This document shows, in pieces, positions 24,101 to 36,867 of a stretch of DNA of 37,259 bases. Positions within the stretch are counted from its first letter, which is position 1; each line of letters starts with the position of its first letter. A program made the translations under genes and the position numbers. A model generated the notes under the pieces. It was not told where the DNA came from, did not search any database, and saw nothing but the letters and a program-made list of their open reading frames with translations. The stretch spans positions 596,396 to 633,654 of the forward strand of contig NW_014577092.1 in NCBI RefSeq assembly GCF_000485595.1, read 5' to 3'. The stretch comes from Priapulus caudatus. Taxonomy: Eukaryota.

Positions 24101-27100
24101 CTCCTAGTTAGAAGTAAAGCGTGATTGCGTACATACAGGATATTCTAGTCTCCTCGTTAGAGTGTAGGGCGTGATGCGTAACATACAGGTATGCTAGTCT
24201 CAGTTAGAGGGATAGCGTGGGATGCGTACATACAGCGTATTTATCTCCTGTTAGAGGGGAACGTGATGCGTACATACAGTTTCGAGTCTCCTAGTGAGGC
24301 TAGCGGATGGACATACGGAGGATGCTAGTCGCCTAGTTAGAGTATCAGCGTGATGCGACATACAGGTATGCGAGTCTCCTAGTTAGAGTATAGCGGATGG
24401 GACATACAGGTATGTCTAGGCTCCGAGGAGAAGTATAGCGTGATGCGGACATTACAGGGAGCAGTCTCATAGGTAGAGGAGAACGGGAGGCGACATACAG
24501 GGACTGCGTCTCTGTTAGAGTATAACGTGATGCGCGACATACAGGTTGCTAGGCTCCTAGTTGAAGTCGTAGGGGATGCGTACATACAGATGGGAGGCGA
24601 GCTCTCCTAGTAAGAATATAGGATGACAAAGTACATACAGGTATTCTGAGGCTACTAGGTAGAGGTATAGCGTGTATGCGTACAGACAGGTAGCGAGTCT
24701 GCCTAGGGAGAGTATAGCGTGATGCTAAAGGTAGTTAGTCTCCTAGTAGAGGATAGCGTGATGCGTACATACAGTAGTTCTAGTCTCGAGTAGGAGTATA
24801 ACGTGATGGCGATACATACAGTTTCGAGTCTCCTAGTTAGGTGTAGCCACGTGATCGCGTACATACAGGTATGCTAGGCTCCTAGGTAGAGTTATAGCTG
24901 ATGCGACATACAGGGATGCTAGTTGCCTCAGTAAGAATAGTAGGATGACAAGGACATACAGGTAGTCTAGCCTCCTAGTTAGCAGTAGAGTGGAGGCCGT
25001 ACAGACAGGAGGCGAGGCTCCTAGTAGCAGTGGAGCGGGAGCGGACAGACAGAGGGATTCGAGTCTCCTAGTTAAGGATAGCGGGAGGGACATACAGGTA
25101 GTCGAGTCGCCTGAGTTAGAGTAGAAAACGCTGAGGCGGACATACAGGGATTCAGTCTCTAGTTAGAGTATAACGTGATGGTACATACAGCGGATTCTGG
25201 CTCCTAGTTAGAGTCTTGGAGCGTGATGGTACATACAGTGATTCTAGTCTCCTAGTTAGAGTGTAACGTAGGGCCGTACATACAGGTAGGCTAGGCTCCT
25301 AGTGTAGAGGTGTAGCGTTGAGGCGTAACATACAGGATTCTATAGTCGCCTAGAGAGTCATAGGGTGAGGGCCGTACATCACAGCGTAGCTTGAGGCGCC
25401 TCAGTGAGCGGATAGCGTGATGCGACTACCAGGCATATTCTGTTCCTAGGTAGAGTATAGTCCGGATGGTACAGACAGTATTCTAGTCTCAAGTCTAGAG
25501 GAGAACGTGATGCGGACAGACAGGGATCTAGTCTCCTAGATTAGAGTAGAACGGAGCGTACATGACAGGTAGTCTAGTCTCCGAGTTAGAGGTGTAGCGT
25601 GAGCGTACTTACAAAGTATTTAGTCTCCTAGGAAGAATATAGGATAAAGGACATACAGGATCGAGCTCCTAGTTAGAGTAGAACGTATGCTGACATACAA
25701 GGGAGTCTGTCTCCTAGTGAGAGAGAACGTGATGCGGACATTACCAGGTATTCCGAGTCTCCTAGTTAGAGGGAGCGTGATGCGTCATACAGGTGATTCT
25801 AGTCTCTAGTTAGCAGTATAGGGGATGCGTACATACAGGTAGGCGAGCAGTTAAAAAAATATTGTTAAGCGATAGGAGAGTAGTAACGTTGAGGGGACAT
25901 ACAAGAGTCTAGTCTCCTGGTGAGAAGTATAGCGTGATGCGTACATACAGGTAGTCTAGGCGCATTAGAGTATAGCGTGCATGGTACGACAGTGGTCTGG
26001 TCTCCTAGTAAAGAAGATAGGATGACAAGTACATACAGGGAGCTAGTCTCCTAGTTAGAGTAGAGCTTGAGGCGTACATACAGGTATTCTAGTCGGCTGG
26101 TAGACGGGTAGCGTGAATGCGTACATACAGGTATTCTAGGCGCCTAGGTAGAGTAGAGGTGATGCGTCAGACAGGCGATTCTAGCCCTAGTTAGCAGTAT
26201 AGCTTGATGGCGGCATACAGGTTATTCTAGTCTCCTAGTAGAGGGTAGCGTGATGTACATACAGGATTCTAGTCTTAGTTAGAGTTAGAGCGTGATGCGG
26301 TACAGTACAGGTATGCGAGTCTCCGAGTTATGAGCTGTAACGGGATGCGTTACAGACAGGTATGCGAGTCTTCTAGCTTAGAGGGGTAAACGTGATGCGT
26401 ACAGACAGATGCGAGGCGTCTAGTGAGAGTGTAACTGATGCGGACAACAGGATCTAGTCGCTAGTAGAGTGGACTGAGGCCCGTACAGACAGGCGATTCT
26501 AGTCGCCTAGTGAGAGTATAGCGTGATGCGTAATACAGGTATTCTAGTTCGCCTAGTTGAGTATAGCGTGGATGCGTACATACAGAAGTCTAGTCTCCTA
26601 GGAGAGTATCGCGTGATGCGTACATACAGGTATTCTAGGCTCCTAGTAGGTGTAGCGTCCAGGGAGGCGGCATACAGGTATGTCGATCTCTAGGTAGAGT
26701 TATAGACGTGATCGTACATACAGGTAGTCTAGTTTCTAGTAAGGACATAGGGACAAGTACATACAGTATTCTAGTCTCCTAGTTAGAGGTATAGCTGGGG
26801 GCGTACATACAGGTATCTCTGCTCCAGTAGAGTGGTAGCGTGATGACGCTACAGACAGGTATTCTAGTCTCCTAGTTAGAGATAGCCGGGAGTACATACA
26901 GGTAGTCGAGTTTCCTTAGTAGAGTATAGGATGACAAGTACATACAGGGTAGTTCGAGTCTCCTAGTGAGAGTATAGGCTTGCATGCGGACAGACAGGTA
27001 TTCTAGCTTCTCCTAGTAGTGAGCTGTAGCGTGAGGCGGACATACAGGGATGTCGGTCTCCTAGTTGAGTAACGGGATGCGTACAGACAGTTTCTAGTGC

Positions 27101-27536
27101 CCTAGGTAGAGGAGAACGTGCATGCGGAACTCTAACTAGGAGACTAGAATACCTGTATGTACTTGTCATCCTATATTCTTACTAGGAGACTAGAATACCT
27201 GTATGTACGCATCACGCTATATTCTAACTAGGAGACTAGAAGACCTGTATATGCTAATCATACTATATTCTAACTATGAGACTAGAATACCTGTAATGTA
27301 TGTACTCATCACCCCATATTCTAACTATGGTATTAGATTACCTGTACGTGTTTGTCATCCTATATTCTAATTAGGGCATGAGCCTACCTGTATGTGATTG
27401 TCATCATATATTCTAATTAGGGCATGAACCTACCTGTATGTGCTTGTCATCATATATTCTAATTAGGACATGAGCTTACCTGTATGTGCTTGTCATTCCA
27501 TATTCTAATTAGGGAACTAGCTTACCTGTATGTGCT
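21176..27536. repeat. 46-bp tandem satellite (apparently approx. 135-140 units) filling the last adenylyl cyclase intron; two unit variants; central part inverted and noisy
   Basis: Unit A is TACCTGTATGTACGCATCACGCTATACTCTAACTAGGAGACTAGAA. Unit B is TACCTGTATGTACTTGTCATCCTATATTCTWACTAGGAGACTAGAA. The 46-nt period was checked at 21301/21347 and 27341-27525. Confidence 0.95.
21461..21485. other. Assembly gap (25 N)
   Basis: N run at the point where satellite orientation flips. Confidence 0.98.
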
Positions 27537-27650
27537 CAGGTAGGCCGGCACTGTCCATGCGACTCGCCACATTGACAGTGTTTCCCCAGATGTCGTACTG
27601 TGGCTTTTTGGCACCAATAACGCCTGCGACCACAGGCCCCAGATTCAAAC
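27526..27650 (-). CDS. Adenylyl cyclase (AC5/6-like), penultimate coding exon, C2 catalytic core
   Basis: cttgtttcag|GT TTG..., translation (G)[41 protein letters not shown], donor |gtaagc. It has the [14 protein letters not shown] signature with the ATP-specifying Asp and catalytic Asn/Arg. It splices in phase 0 to 20788. No upstream exons were recognised in the window. Confidence 0.97.
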
Positions 27651-27691
27651 CTGAAACAAGCAGGAAGTAGGACGATGCAACAGATGTATAT

Positions 27692-27694
27692 CAT

Positions 27695-27739
<45 letters not shown>

Positions 27740-27872
27740 GTCATCATCGCCATCACCATTATAACGAAAAGTGTAATTCCGTGACTCGGTATCGCACGCG
27801 TCTCATAAATCTGGCGCACATGTAGAAGCGCGATGTAAATCTTATCATCATCATCACCATCACTATCAACAA

Positions 27873-27905
<33 letters not shown>
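27692..27905. repeat. (ATC)n microsatellite flanking an approx. 80-bp dispersed repeat (second copy 34425-34500)
   Basis: ccattataac...gactcggtatcgc.cgcgtctcat.aatctg.cgcacatgta is present at both loci. Confidence 0.8.
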
Positions 27906-30900
27906 TAAAAACAACAACGAGATAACCATCTTTTTCATCTTCTTTTTCAGCAGCCAAGATAAGGAGTAAAGTAGTTTTCATTTGCAACCACCATTTTTGT
28001 GAATAGAAAATTTCGGCCGTCATTATTTCGCATCAAATTGCAAGATTGGTTTTCTGATTCAGAAAAACTCGCCATTTAAAAAAAATGTATAGATTTGATC
28101 AAATCCTCAAAAAAAGTCTACGGAAAACCTTCCTGCACACCCGAAGCGAGACAATGCGCACAGGAAAGGATAGAGAAAGAGGGAAAATAGAGACGAATTC
28201 GAGTTCATGCGACCTGACACTTATACGAGAAGGGGTCACCAGCGCGAAAATGCCAGCCACAGGAACTGCACGCACGCGGCATAGTTAAGGGAGATGGACC
28301 TCCCGCCTATATAACGAAAAATGCATATACGGACGCTTACAAAGAAGAACGTAAAATGTCGCGCGGTGCGGCTGTTTAATATATCCCGCGTGCGAGTTAA
28401 ATATGACAGCACGGGTATATAGCATAGCGAAAATACGCGCACACACACTACACACGTTCGATGGAGCGACAAAAACCGAAATCGGCGAAAACCAACGATA
28501 ATTTTTTCGCAGAGACGCTTTCGCACGTACGCAGGCGGGGGCGTTGTGCATGGTGCGTTGCCCGTCGTAATAATGGACAGTAATCGTGTGTGCCATCAGG
28601 AAATAAATACGTGTGCAACTCACGGTCGCATTGACATCGCGAGCCCGCGGTATTGTCACGTACGCCTAAGCACTGGCGTATGCAAGTGAACCACCGAGAC
28701 ACGCGGCAACGTTGATACGGCGTTTGTCAGTGTGCATTTGTTCGCATTCAATAGGTGCGCAATGCCGAGTAAAACGCTAGCGGCGTAATGCGTGCCCATT
28801 TACCGTCACCGAGACGTTTGAAGGGAAATATACTGGAAGTGCAAATGTTGGCGGAATGTTCAGCGTCCGCGTGGGTTGAAACTTGCCAGTGTTGCCACCC
28901 ACGTATATGTAGCGCCGCAGTCGATCGGGCAAGTGCATAGCATAGCGCATACGATCTAGACGTGATGCGGCCATGATGCCGAGGCGCGCCGAGGATTGAC
29001 ACTTTGTGTCTTCCAATCACAGCCTACGCCGCACCAGATTTTGATATTTTTAAATATGGGGATCCATTAGACCACCAAATCGCCGATCTCAGGAACTATG
29101 GCATTCTGCTATGTTAGAACGGTTTCCTACTATAGAGTTTGCCACAAATACGAAAATAACACGCTGTTTAGCGCACTGCGCTACGTCCTTCTGTTGTATT
29201 TTCGCATCTCCGTAATCAGAATAAGCCCCGCCTTCTTCATTGATGGACATGAATGGGGCGTCACCGACGTGACCAGTTACTGTACCTACTGTCTTTCGCA
29301 AGCCTGTTTACTTTTCGTAAATAATGAAATGCAAGGCCGGCATTTTCACTCGCTGTCGGAAGTGAACAAGTGCGTCATTCATTGAACATTGAAGTTTTTC
29401 TTAAAATTAAATAATTCCAAAAATCCCTAACCGCGCTACTCGATTGTTTTAGTTAATGAACGTAGCTGTGTGTGTGACGTCCTGCCCGCGCGCTTTATGC
29501 TTGGCTTAGCGGGCCTCAAAATGGATATCGGAGGCAGGCACCTCGCAACACGCGTGTTTGTTTACATATAGCTTTGTGACGTACGGTGTTCGAAAGTTCT
29601 GCGATGATAACCTCGTAATTTCTCAGCATTTCTTAAGGTGCATGGAACATTTTACCAATTTAGTGGTGTCAGTTAGTCACGGATATGTCACACACAGTAA
29701 GTACTAACCGTATATGTTTCACATACGTTCACCTATTTTGCACACAGGCGGTCGATCATTGTGAAAAATTGTGTGAAGATTTATTTTTATTGAGACGTTC
29801 CAAGTGCCTGTGCTTTCATCAGTCTTGTACGTCAATGCACGTGCGTCAAGAGCCATAAAGTCAACACAATTTCATATCTGTTATTGTTTACGCTTGAATG
29901 CGTGATTGATCAAGGAGGGGGGTTCAAGTAAGAGGGAGACATTTTCTTTGGGGTTCCGAAAAACACAATTCCACTTGACAATTTCATGGGCCATTTCAAT
30001 TGGAAGCTCTGCATAATGGACCCCCAACAAGCCCTTTGACTGACTAGTCAAGAAATTCAAAGGTCGGTATATTGTTCTTATTGAGCCGCCGATAGTTCTT
30101 ATTTAGAACAAAGTCTTCATTGTTATCATCTAAAACTACAGACCATCCGTTGACCGCTGTGGAGACGTGCGCCGGGCCTCGAATTTGGCGCACGTCTCCA
30201 CTGCGGACAGCGCTTCATACTTCGAACATCGCCGCGGTCGCGTGCGCATATCCCGCGGAACTGCGCGCAGCGCTCAGGATCAACAGCAAAGCTGTGCCAC
30301 GCAATCTTGTATCATTTCTCTCTGGACGAGTGACCATGAGTGATTTGACAGTGTCACATTGAGCAGTGAATCGTGCAAGCGGCGAGCATTTGCTATTCTC
30401 TCCGTAGGGCTGTGTGTTGGTCGTGCCGCTATCGCGTTTGTCCTCATCACAATGACACGCGGCTATAGAGCTGAGACGAACACGCAAACCTGATACACAC
30501 GGAGTGACAGACTTCCAAAATGGTGTACGCACTCACTGCAAATTTCGGACATGTGCGTCACCTTTAGGCTATATCTATTTAAAATGAATAAACCTCGCAA
30601 CATAATGCCTACATACACCTACTATGAGCATACTTGCAGTATGCAAACATCACAAAATGTTCTTATTAAGCCAAAAATGTGCTCCGAAGTTGACTATTTT
30701 CAGGCAATTTTGAAACTCTACCGGACGGAGTTTCGGCGTACAGATACACATAGAGCGATGTGACTGAGAACGCTAACAGTAGGCCTACGCTAGCGCAAAT
30801 AGTTCCTGGAAAGAAAACACTATATTTGTTTAAAGATTGCATAAGTAATGTAGATAACATATGATTTAAACAAATTTCACAATTTTGTACTGTACAAACA

Positions 30901-31279
30901 TCGAATAATGAATTATAACTTGTTTTATCATACAAATAATCTGTTAAAGAAAACTGCGAGCGCTCGGCTATGTCCCGGTTGTGTAAATACTGTGTAAACA
31001 TTGAAAGTACTAGTTTCGTAAAACTGTTTAGGTTTGCTGAAGAAATATGATGAGAGTAGCAATACAAATAAGTTGAAGTGAATTTTTGCAAAATAGACGA
31101 GCTCACAGTAGGCATATCTACATGCATTTTGCTGCGAGAACATGCCGTTTTAAACAGTGTTTTGCTCACGGTATCACCATCATTTGCAATCATCATCACC
31201 ATCGTTATCATCATCATCGTCACCATTATTATCATCATCATTCTCCGTCTGCTCCTCCTTCTCCTCCTCCTCCTCCTCC

Positions 31280-31334
<55 letters not shown>

Positions 31335-31638
31335 GCCCACTCTCATCATTGCTCTCACCGGTGTTACTGACTAGAGAGGAACTGCGTACCTCTTCGCGCG
31401 TCTCTCACCGCCTGATCTCCGGATCCGGTAATATCACGAACGCTCGCCCTTATGAATCCCTTGCGGGAAAAATAGCATAGTTCGGCATCGCAGCTGCCAG
31501 CGTGTGCACTTACTGTGTGCTTACGAGGCATGCGTGGAATGCGGTTCCTCTGCGAGTGATTACATACATAAGTATGCGATGCGCCCTAAACAATGCATTA
31601 GTAGGTATAGCCTTCAGTATATCGTGGTAGTCATCGTG

Positions 31639-31726
<88 letters not shown>

Positions 31727-31739
31727 AGCAGAGGAGCTT

Positions 31740-31837
31740 ACAGACAGACAGATAGGTAGAGAAACAGAAAGACAGACAGAGGCAGAGGACAGAGACAAAG
31801 AGAGAGCGAGAGGAGAGAGAGAGAGAAGAGAGAGAGA

Positions 31838-31877
<40 letters not shown>

Positions 31878-33304
31878 GAGGAAGAAGAGAGAGAGAGAGA
31901 GAGGACCAAGTGTATGCAATTGGATGAAACCCTGGAAAAAGACACAAACGAGAGTAGCTATGCACTCTCAAAACCAATATCCTACGCGGTGTTGGAGGGT
32001 TCGGTGACGTTTAATAAGACAGCATTCTGTGGTGGAATTGAAATCTATTCGAGTTTCATTAGAAATAAGTTCATCTCGGTTGGTTTGGAGATATAACAGG
32101 GTTATATGTTACTACACGTGAAAGATTGGAAACGATACGCTTACGTTTCAGAATGGTATTACGTTTCGAAATAGTTACCATCGGCAGAAACCGGCCGAAA
32201 ATTTGAAACCCGCTTAAAGAACATAAAAGGACGTCAGACACCGTAGCCAGCAAATTCGTCACAAGGGCCCAACGAAAACAGTCGGCTACCGAAACTAACC
32301 ATTAAACAATATACCCGCGATCACGGACGCAGCGCAGCGAAAGGACAATCACATCCATCCATGATTGGCCAGAATTCCGAAAGCATCATTGCATCGCGCG
32401 AGGCCTATCAAAAATCATTCGATTGGATCAAGGCCGCGCATCCTGCGTATCCGGCAAGACCCGAACATTCAACACGTTCGACGCAGGGGGGGATACAGCC
32501 AGTCACGTGTGGACTAAGCCTATTGACCACATCACACCAACTGGTGTCTCAAAACTGATAACCATCAGTTAGATTGAAGAAAGACTCCCGTGCAGGAGTG
32601 CGAACGTAAGGCGGTACGGTTTTCAAATCTCACACGGGTTTGAGGTCAAAGCTGCGTTATACACTGATCCGATTTTCGTCAGCAACGTCCGAGTCGTGCA
32701 GAAATAGAACAACGTTACTATTTCTTCCAACTCGGCGACTTGACTCCGACTACCGGATCCAACACAATCGAATTTCAGCCGATTTGTTGAAATGCACTTG
32801 GGTCAAGTCGGCTGGGCAAGTTGGAATGCCACTTTAAAGTCGCTACGATTTGGTGACAAAAATCGATAAGTGTAAAACGCAGCTTTAGGTGTGTTTGTGT
32901 TAGTTTTCGAGTAAATCTATTCACGCACATGGGCACGTCAACGCGCCTAGCAGAGAGAAAGAGAGAAAGAGAGAGAGAGAGAGGAGAGAGAGAGAAGAGA
33001 GGAAGAGAAGAGATGTACGAGGAAGTGAGACGAGAATAGAGACCAGCGTACGGTCTTCTTGTGCGCTGGATTAAATATCCTGGAAAGATGACCACAAATC
33101 GAATTAGGCCATGTCTCTCAAAACCAATATCCTCCACGCGGTTGGAAACGGTTTAGTGACGTTAATTAAGGACTCCGATTCGGTGCGTGCAGGGAAATCG
33201 ATTCGCGAATTCTGGCGTTTAGCAAACGTTCGGGTTACGGCGAGAGACGAGAAGCGAGAGAGCGACGAAGCGATGCAGGAGAGAGAGAGGAGAGAGATGA
33301 GATT

Positions 33305-33365
<61 letters not shown>
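31740..33365 (+). repeat. Noisy duplicate of 35815-37259, including copies of the Penelope fragment and the MITE (32649-32885)
   Basis: Collinear with the downstream copy but with many 1-nt insertions and deletions. Confidence 0.85.
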
Positions 33366-33369
<4 letters not shown>

Positions 33370-35569
33370 TCATGCTTGTCCATTAATTAAAAGCGTTGTT
33401 CTAGAAAGCTCTGTTACGTATGAGTATTGTAACCACTCTTCCTTTAATACGCCGACCTTTGCGCTTGTATGCGAAGCTTCTAAATGCAATCATGACCAAT
33501 TACGAACATTTGGCAGCTCAAGTTTCGTAATGACTTAATTCGGTATGCCGTATACGCGACCACCTGAGTACAATTTTCGCAGGCTCTTATTTACAGGAGC
33601 AAACCAAGCATAGTGACCCAAGGAAACATTTGCGACAATGTGAGCGTTCATCGTTGCAAGCGCTCGGAGAGATGGACAGCATCTACTATATGAGGCGTAA
33701 ATGCGCCTAATCAAAGTTGTCATCCCCCACGTGACTGACTGACTCTGCGAAGGCTTTATACCTATACAAATCCTTCAAGGTGCTATAGAAATGCATTTCT
33801 TTGCTGTTTTTTGTTACCATAGTATGAATAGAGCGTGCATATTGCCACGCACTTCACTACAGGCGTTTGATCGTGAGCACTACAAGCGGCGGTGGGTGGT
33901 GACCACAAAACTCACGCTTCCTTCCTAACGGAGAAATTACTGAATGCAATACTGTGAAACGGGAAAGACTTGTGCTAAAACCGTACACATACCGCTCGTC
34001 GGATTTCGCAAGATAATCAGAAACCCGCTTGACGGATTTCCAAACCTTTCCGTTTTAATGCGGTTATTAACGAGAAACCCCGTAGTGATGGCATACAGAG
34101 TGTGCGAAAAACATTCATGACGTAACAACAAGTTTCCTTGTTCGGCGCAAACACTTCACGATCGCGTACGAAAATAGATAGATGAGTGCTGCCAGTTCAC
34201 TGACACGTTCGCGAGATACGTACTGGCTGTCCTACGAATGTGAAAGTACATCTGCAACCAAGCGCTGAATTAAACGTTGTTTCAAGGTGCCTTGATGCGC
34301 ATCATCATCGTCATCATCATCACAATCATCATTATCATCATCAACATTAACCGCCTCCTCCTCCTCATCATCACCATGGTCATGATCATGATCATCATCA
34401 ACATCATCATCATCATCACCATCGCCATTATAACTAAGTCGAATTGCGCGACTCGGTATCGCGCGCGTCTCATGAATCTGACGCACATGTATGAGCGATG
34501 AGTAATGTGATGCAGCATGATGACATCAATGGACATTGTCGCGCGTCGAAACCTCTCTGATATGCTAATAAAGCAGCGATGAGCGCGCACGGGACGGGGG
34601 AGGCTGCGTGTGCTAATAATACAAGCGGAGGTGACACTATGACCCGCACGCAGATAAAGAGATGCTCGGGTGACGTCTGTGACGCGTTGTTATGGTAACG
34701 ACTGGCACAGCGCTTCGAGATATCTATTTTAGAGGGGTGTCGACCGCGCGTGCAGGCGGGTTCGGTGACTTGGAACGTGACGATGGAATTCTAGCACGAG
34801 TGCAGTGTTTTTAGATGTGTAGAAAAAGATGGCAACACAAGGGGACTATTACGCAATTGCAAACACACTTGACAATTGTAGGTGTACGTGTTTGTGCGGT
34901 TGAGGTTGCGTGTGTGATGTGTGATGTGTGTGTGTGTGTGTGTGTGTGTGCATGTGCGTGCGTGTGTGTGTGCGTGCGTGCGTGTGTGTGTGCGTGCGTG
35001 GGTGTGTGTGTGTGCGCGCCCGTGTGTGCGTGCGTGCGTGTGTGTGTGCGTGCGTGTGTATGTGTGCGTGTGTGTGTGTGTGTGTGTGCGCGCGCGCGCG
35101 TGTGTGTCCATCTGTGGATAGTGGACCATTCCCCATGCACATCACCCGCGCCCTGCAAGGAATGTACACAGATCACCTCGGGATTCCTCGCAGGAAATCG
35201 ATACCGTATGAAGCCCTGCAATAAGACTGATCTTCATCTTCACTCTTCGACATCAGTCAGAATTCTAGAGGGTGCAGCGATCCGCTATATGAAATCATAT
35301 TGATCTCCTCAGCCAGCATTACACGAATACATAATTTCTAAATGCTACTCGGGGTAGCTCACGGTATACGCACGCATATGCCACGCCCGTCATCATATTG
35401 AATTATCAAAGCAATATTTTGCCAATACGCGTATTCCTTGTCACTGTGCGTAGATGCGAACTATTCCTTCATTAGAAGCTGCCTATACTTTACAATGCCT
35501 CGCCGCGCACGCGCACTAGCGCGCACGCCCCTTCCCCCCACACACAAACACACACACATACAGACAACC

Positions 35570-35608
<39 letters not shown>

Positions 35609-35678
35609 CACACACAGAGCAAGACAGCGAGACAGCAAGACAGACAGACATAAGTGCACACATACATACATACATACA

Positions 35679-35748
<70 letters not shown>

Positions 35749-35877
35749 TACATACATACATGCGGACGGACAGACGGACAGACAGACAGCCAGAAAGACA
35801 GCCAGAGAGACATACAGACAGACAGATAGGTAGAGAAACAGAAAGACAGACAGAGGCAGAGACAGAGACAAAGAGAG

Positions 35878-35925
<48 letters not shown>

Positions 35926-36206
35926 CGAGGAAGAAAGAGAGAGAGAGAGAGAGAGACCAAGTGTATGCATTGGATGAAACCCTGGAAAAAGACCACAAAC
36001 CGAGTAGCTATGCTCTCAAACCAATATCCTACGCGGTTGGAGGGTTCGGTGACGTTAATAAGACCAGATTCGGGTGGAATTGAAATCTATTCCGAGTTCA
36101 TTAAATAAGTTCATTCGGTTGGTTTGGAGATATAACAGGGTTAATTGTTACTCAACCGTGAAGATTGGAAACGTACCGCTTACGTTTCGAATGGTATTAC
36201 GTTTCG

Positions 36207-36561
36207 AATAGTTACATGGGAGAAACCGGCCGAAAATTTGAAACCCGCCTTAAAGAACATAAAAAGGACGTAGACACCGTAGCAGCCAAATCGTTCACAA
36301 GGGCCCAACGAAAACAGTCGGCTACCGAAATAACCATTAAACAAATCCGCGATCACGGACCACGCAGCGAAGGACAATCACACCATTGATTGGGAGAATT
36401 CGAAGATCATTGATCGCGAGCCTATCAAAATCATTCGATGGATCAAGGCCGCCATCTGGATCCGCAAGACCCCGAACATCAACCGTGACGAGGGGGGATA
36501 CAGGCTCAGTCACGTGTGGACTAAGCTATTGACCACCACACCATCTGGTGGTCAAAACTGA
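36207..36561 (+). pseudogene. Penelope GIY-YIG endonuclease C-terminal fragment (one frameshift near 36335)
   Basis: YMGETGRKFETRLKEHKKDV..., then KSAITDHAAKDNHTIDWENSKIIDRE...RWIKAAIWIRK..NINRDEGGYRLSHVW...*. These are the typical PLE Y(I)GET, RxxEH, H.IDW and NRD.G motifs. Confidence 0.9.
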
Positions 36562-36574
36562 TAACCATCAGTTA

Positions 36575-36613
36575 GATTTGAGAAAGACTCCTGGCAGGAG
36601 GCGAAACGTAAGC
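36575..36613 (+). ncRNA. Minimal type I hammerhead ribozyme motif (U3-A8 core variant) of the Penelope pLTR, probably degenerate
   Basis: TTGAGAA-A-GACTCCT-GGC-AGGAGGC-GAAA-CGTA gives the core, stem II (one mismatch), GAAA, a palindromic ACGT stem III and a GUA site. Confidence 0.7.
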
Positions 36614-36642
36614 GGTACGTTTCCAATCTTCACGGTTGAGTA

Positions 36643-36867
36643 AAGCTGCGTTTACACTATCGATTTTCGTCAGCAAATCGTCCGAGTCGTGCAAAATAGA
36701 ACACGTTCTATTTCTCCAACTCGGCGACTTGACTCCGACTCCGACTCCAACACAATCGAATTTCAGCCGATTTGTTGAAATGCACTTGGGTCAAGTCGGT
36801 GGCAAGTTGGAATGCACTTTAAATCGCTACGATTTGGTGACAAAAATCGATAGTGTAAACGCAGCTT
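36643..36867. mobile_element. MITE, 225 bp, with PIF/Harbinger-like TIRs
   Basis: AAGCTGCGTTTACACTATCGATTTT...AAAATCGATAGTGTAAACGCAGCTT forms a 25-bp TIR, flanked by TA (TAA/TTA). Confidence 0.85.

Larger units (their letters stand above)
36094..36642 (+). mobile_element. 5'-truncated Penelope-like retroelement with an inverted partial pLTR at the 5' side
   Basis: 36151-36189 is the reverse complement of 36602-36640. A GIY-YIG C-terminus is present and there is a hammerhead motif in the pLTR. Confidence 0.88.

Noticed and set aside
21176..27536. CRISPR-like array
   Set aside because: There are no unique spacers. Units are head-to-tail 46-mers, the apparent variation is read noise, and the context is eukaryotic with no cas genes.
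30666..31480. Poly-Met/His/Ile/Ser ORFs
   Set aside because: Driven by (ATC)n/(CTC)n repeats, with no domain signal.
30566..31613. Possible Kolobok-like MITE (AGGCTATATCTA / TAGGTATAGCCT)
   Set aside because: Only 12 bp with a mismatch, and no matching target-site duplication.
34791..35998. Many overlapping ORFs of 66-168 aa
   Set aside because: Translations of (GT)n, (GCAC)n, (GACA)n and (GA)n microsatellites.
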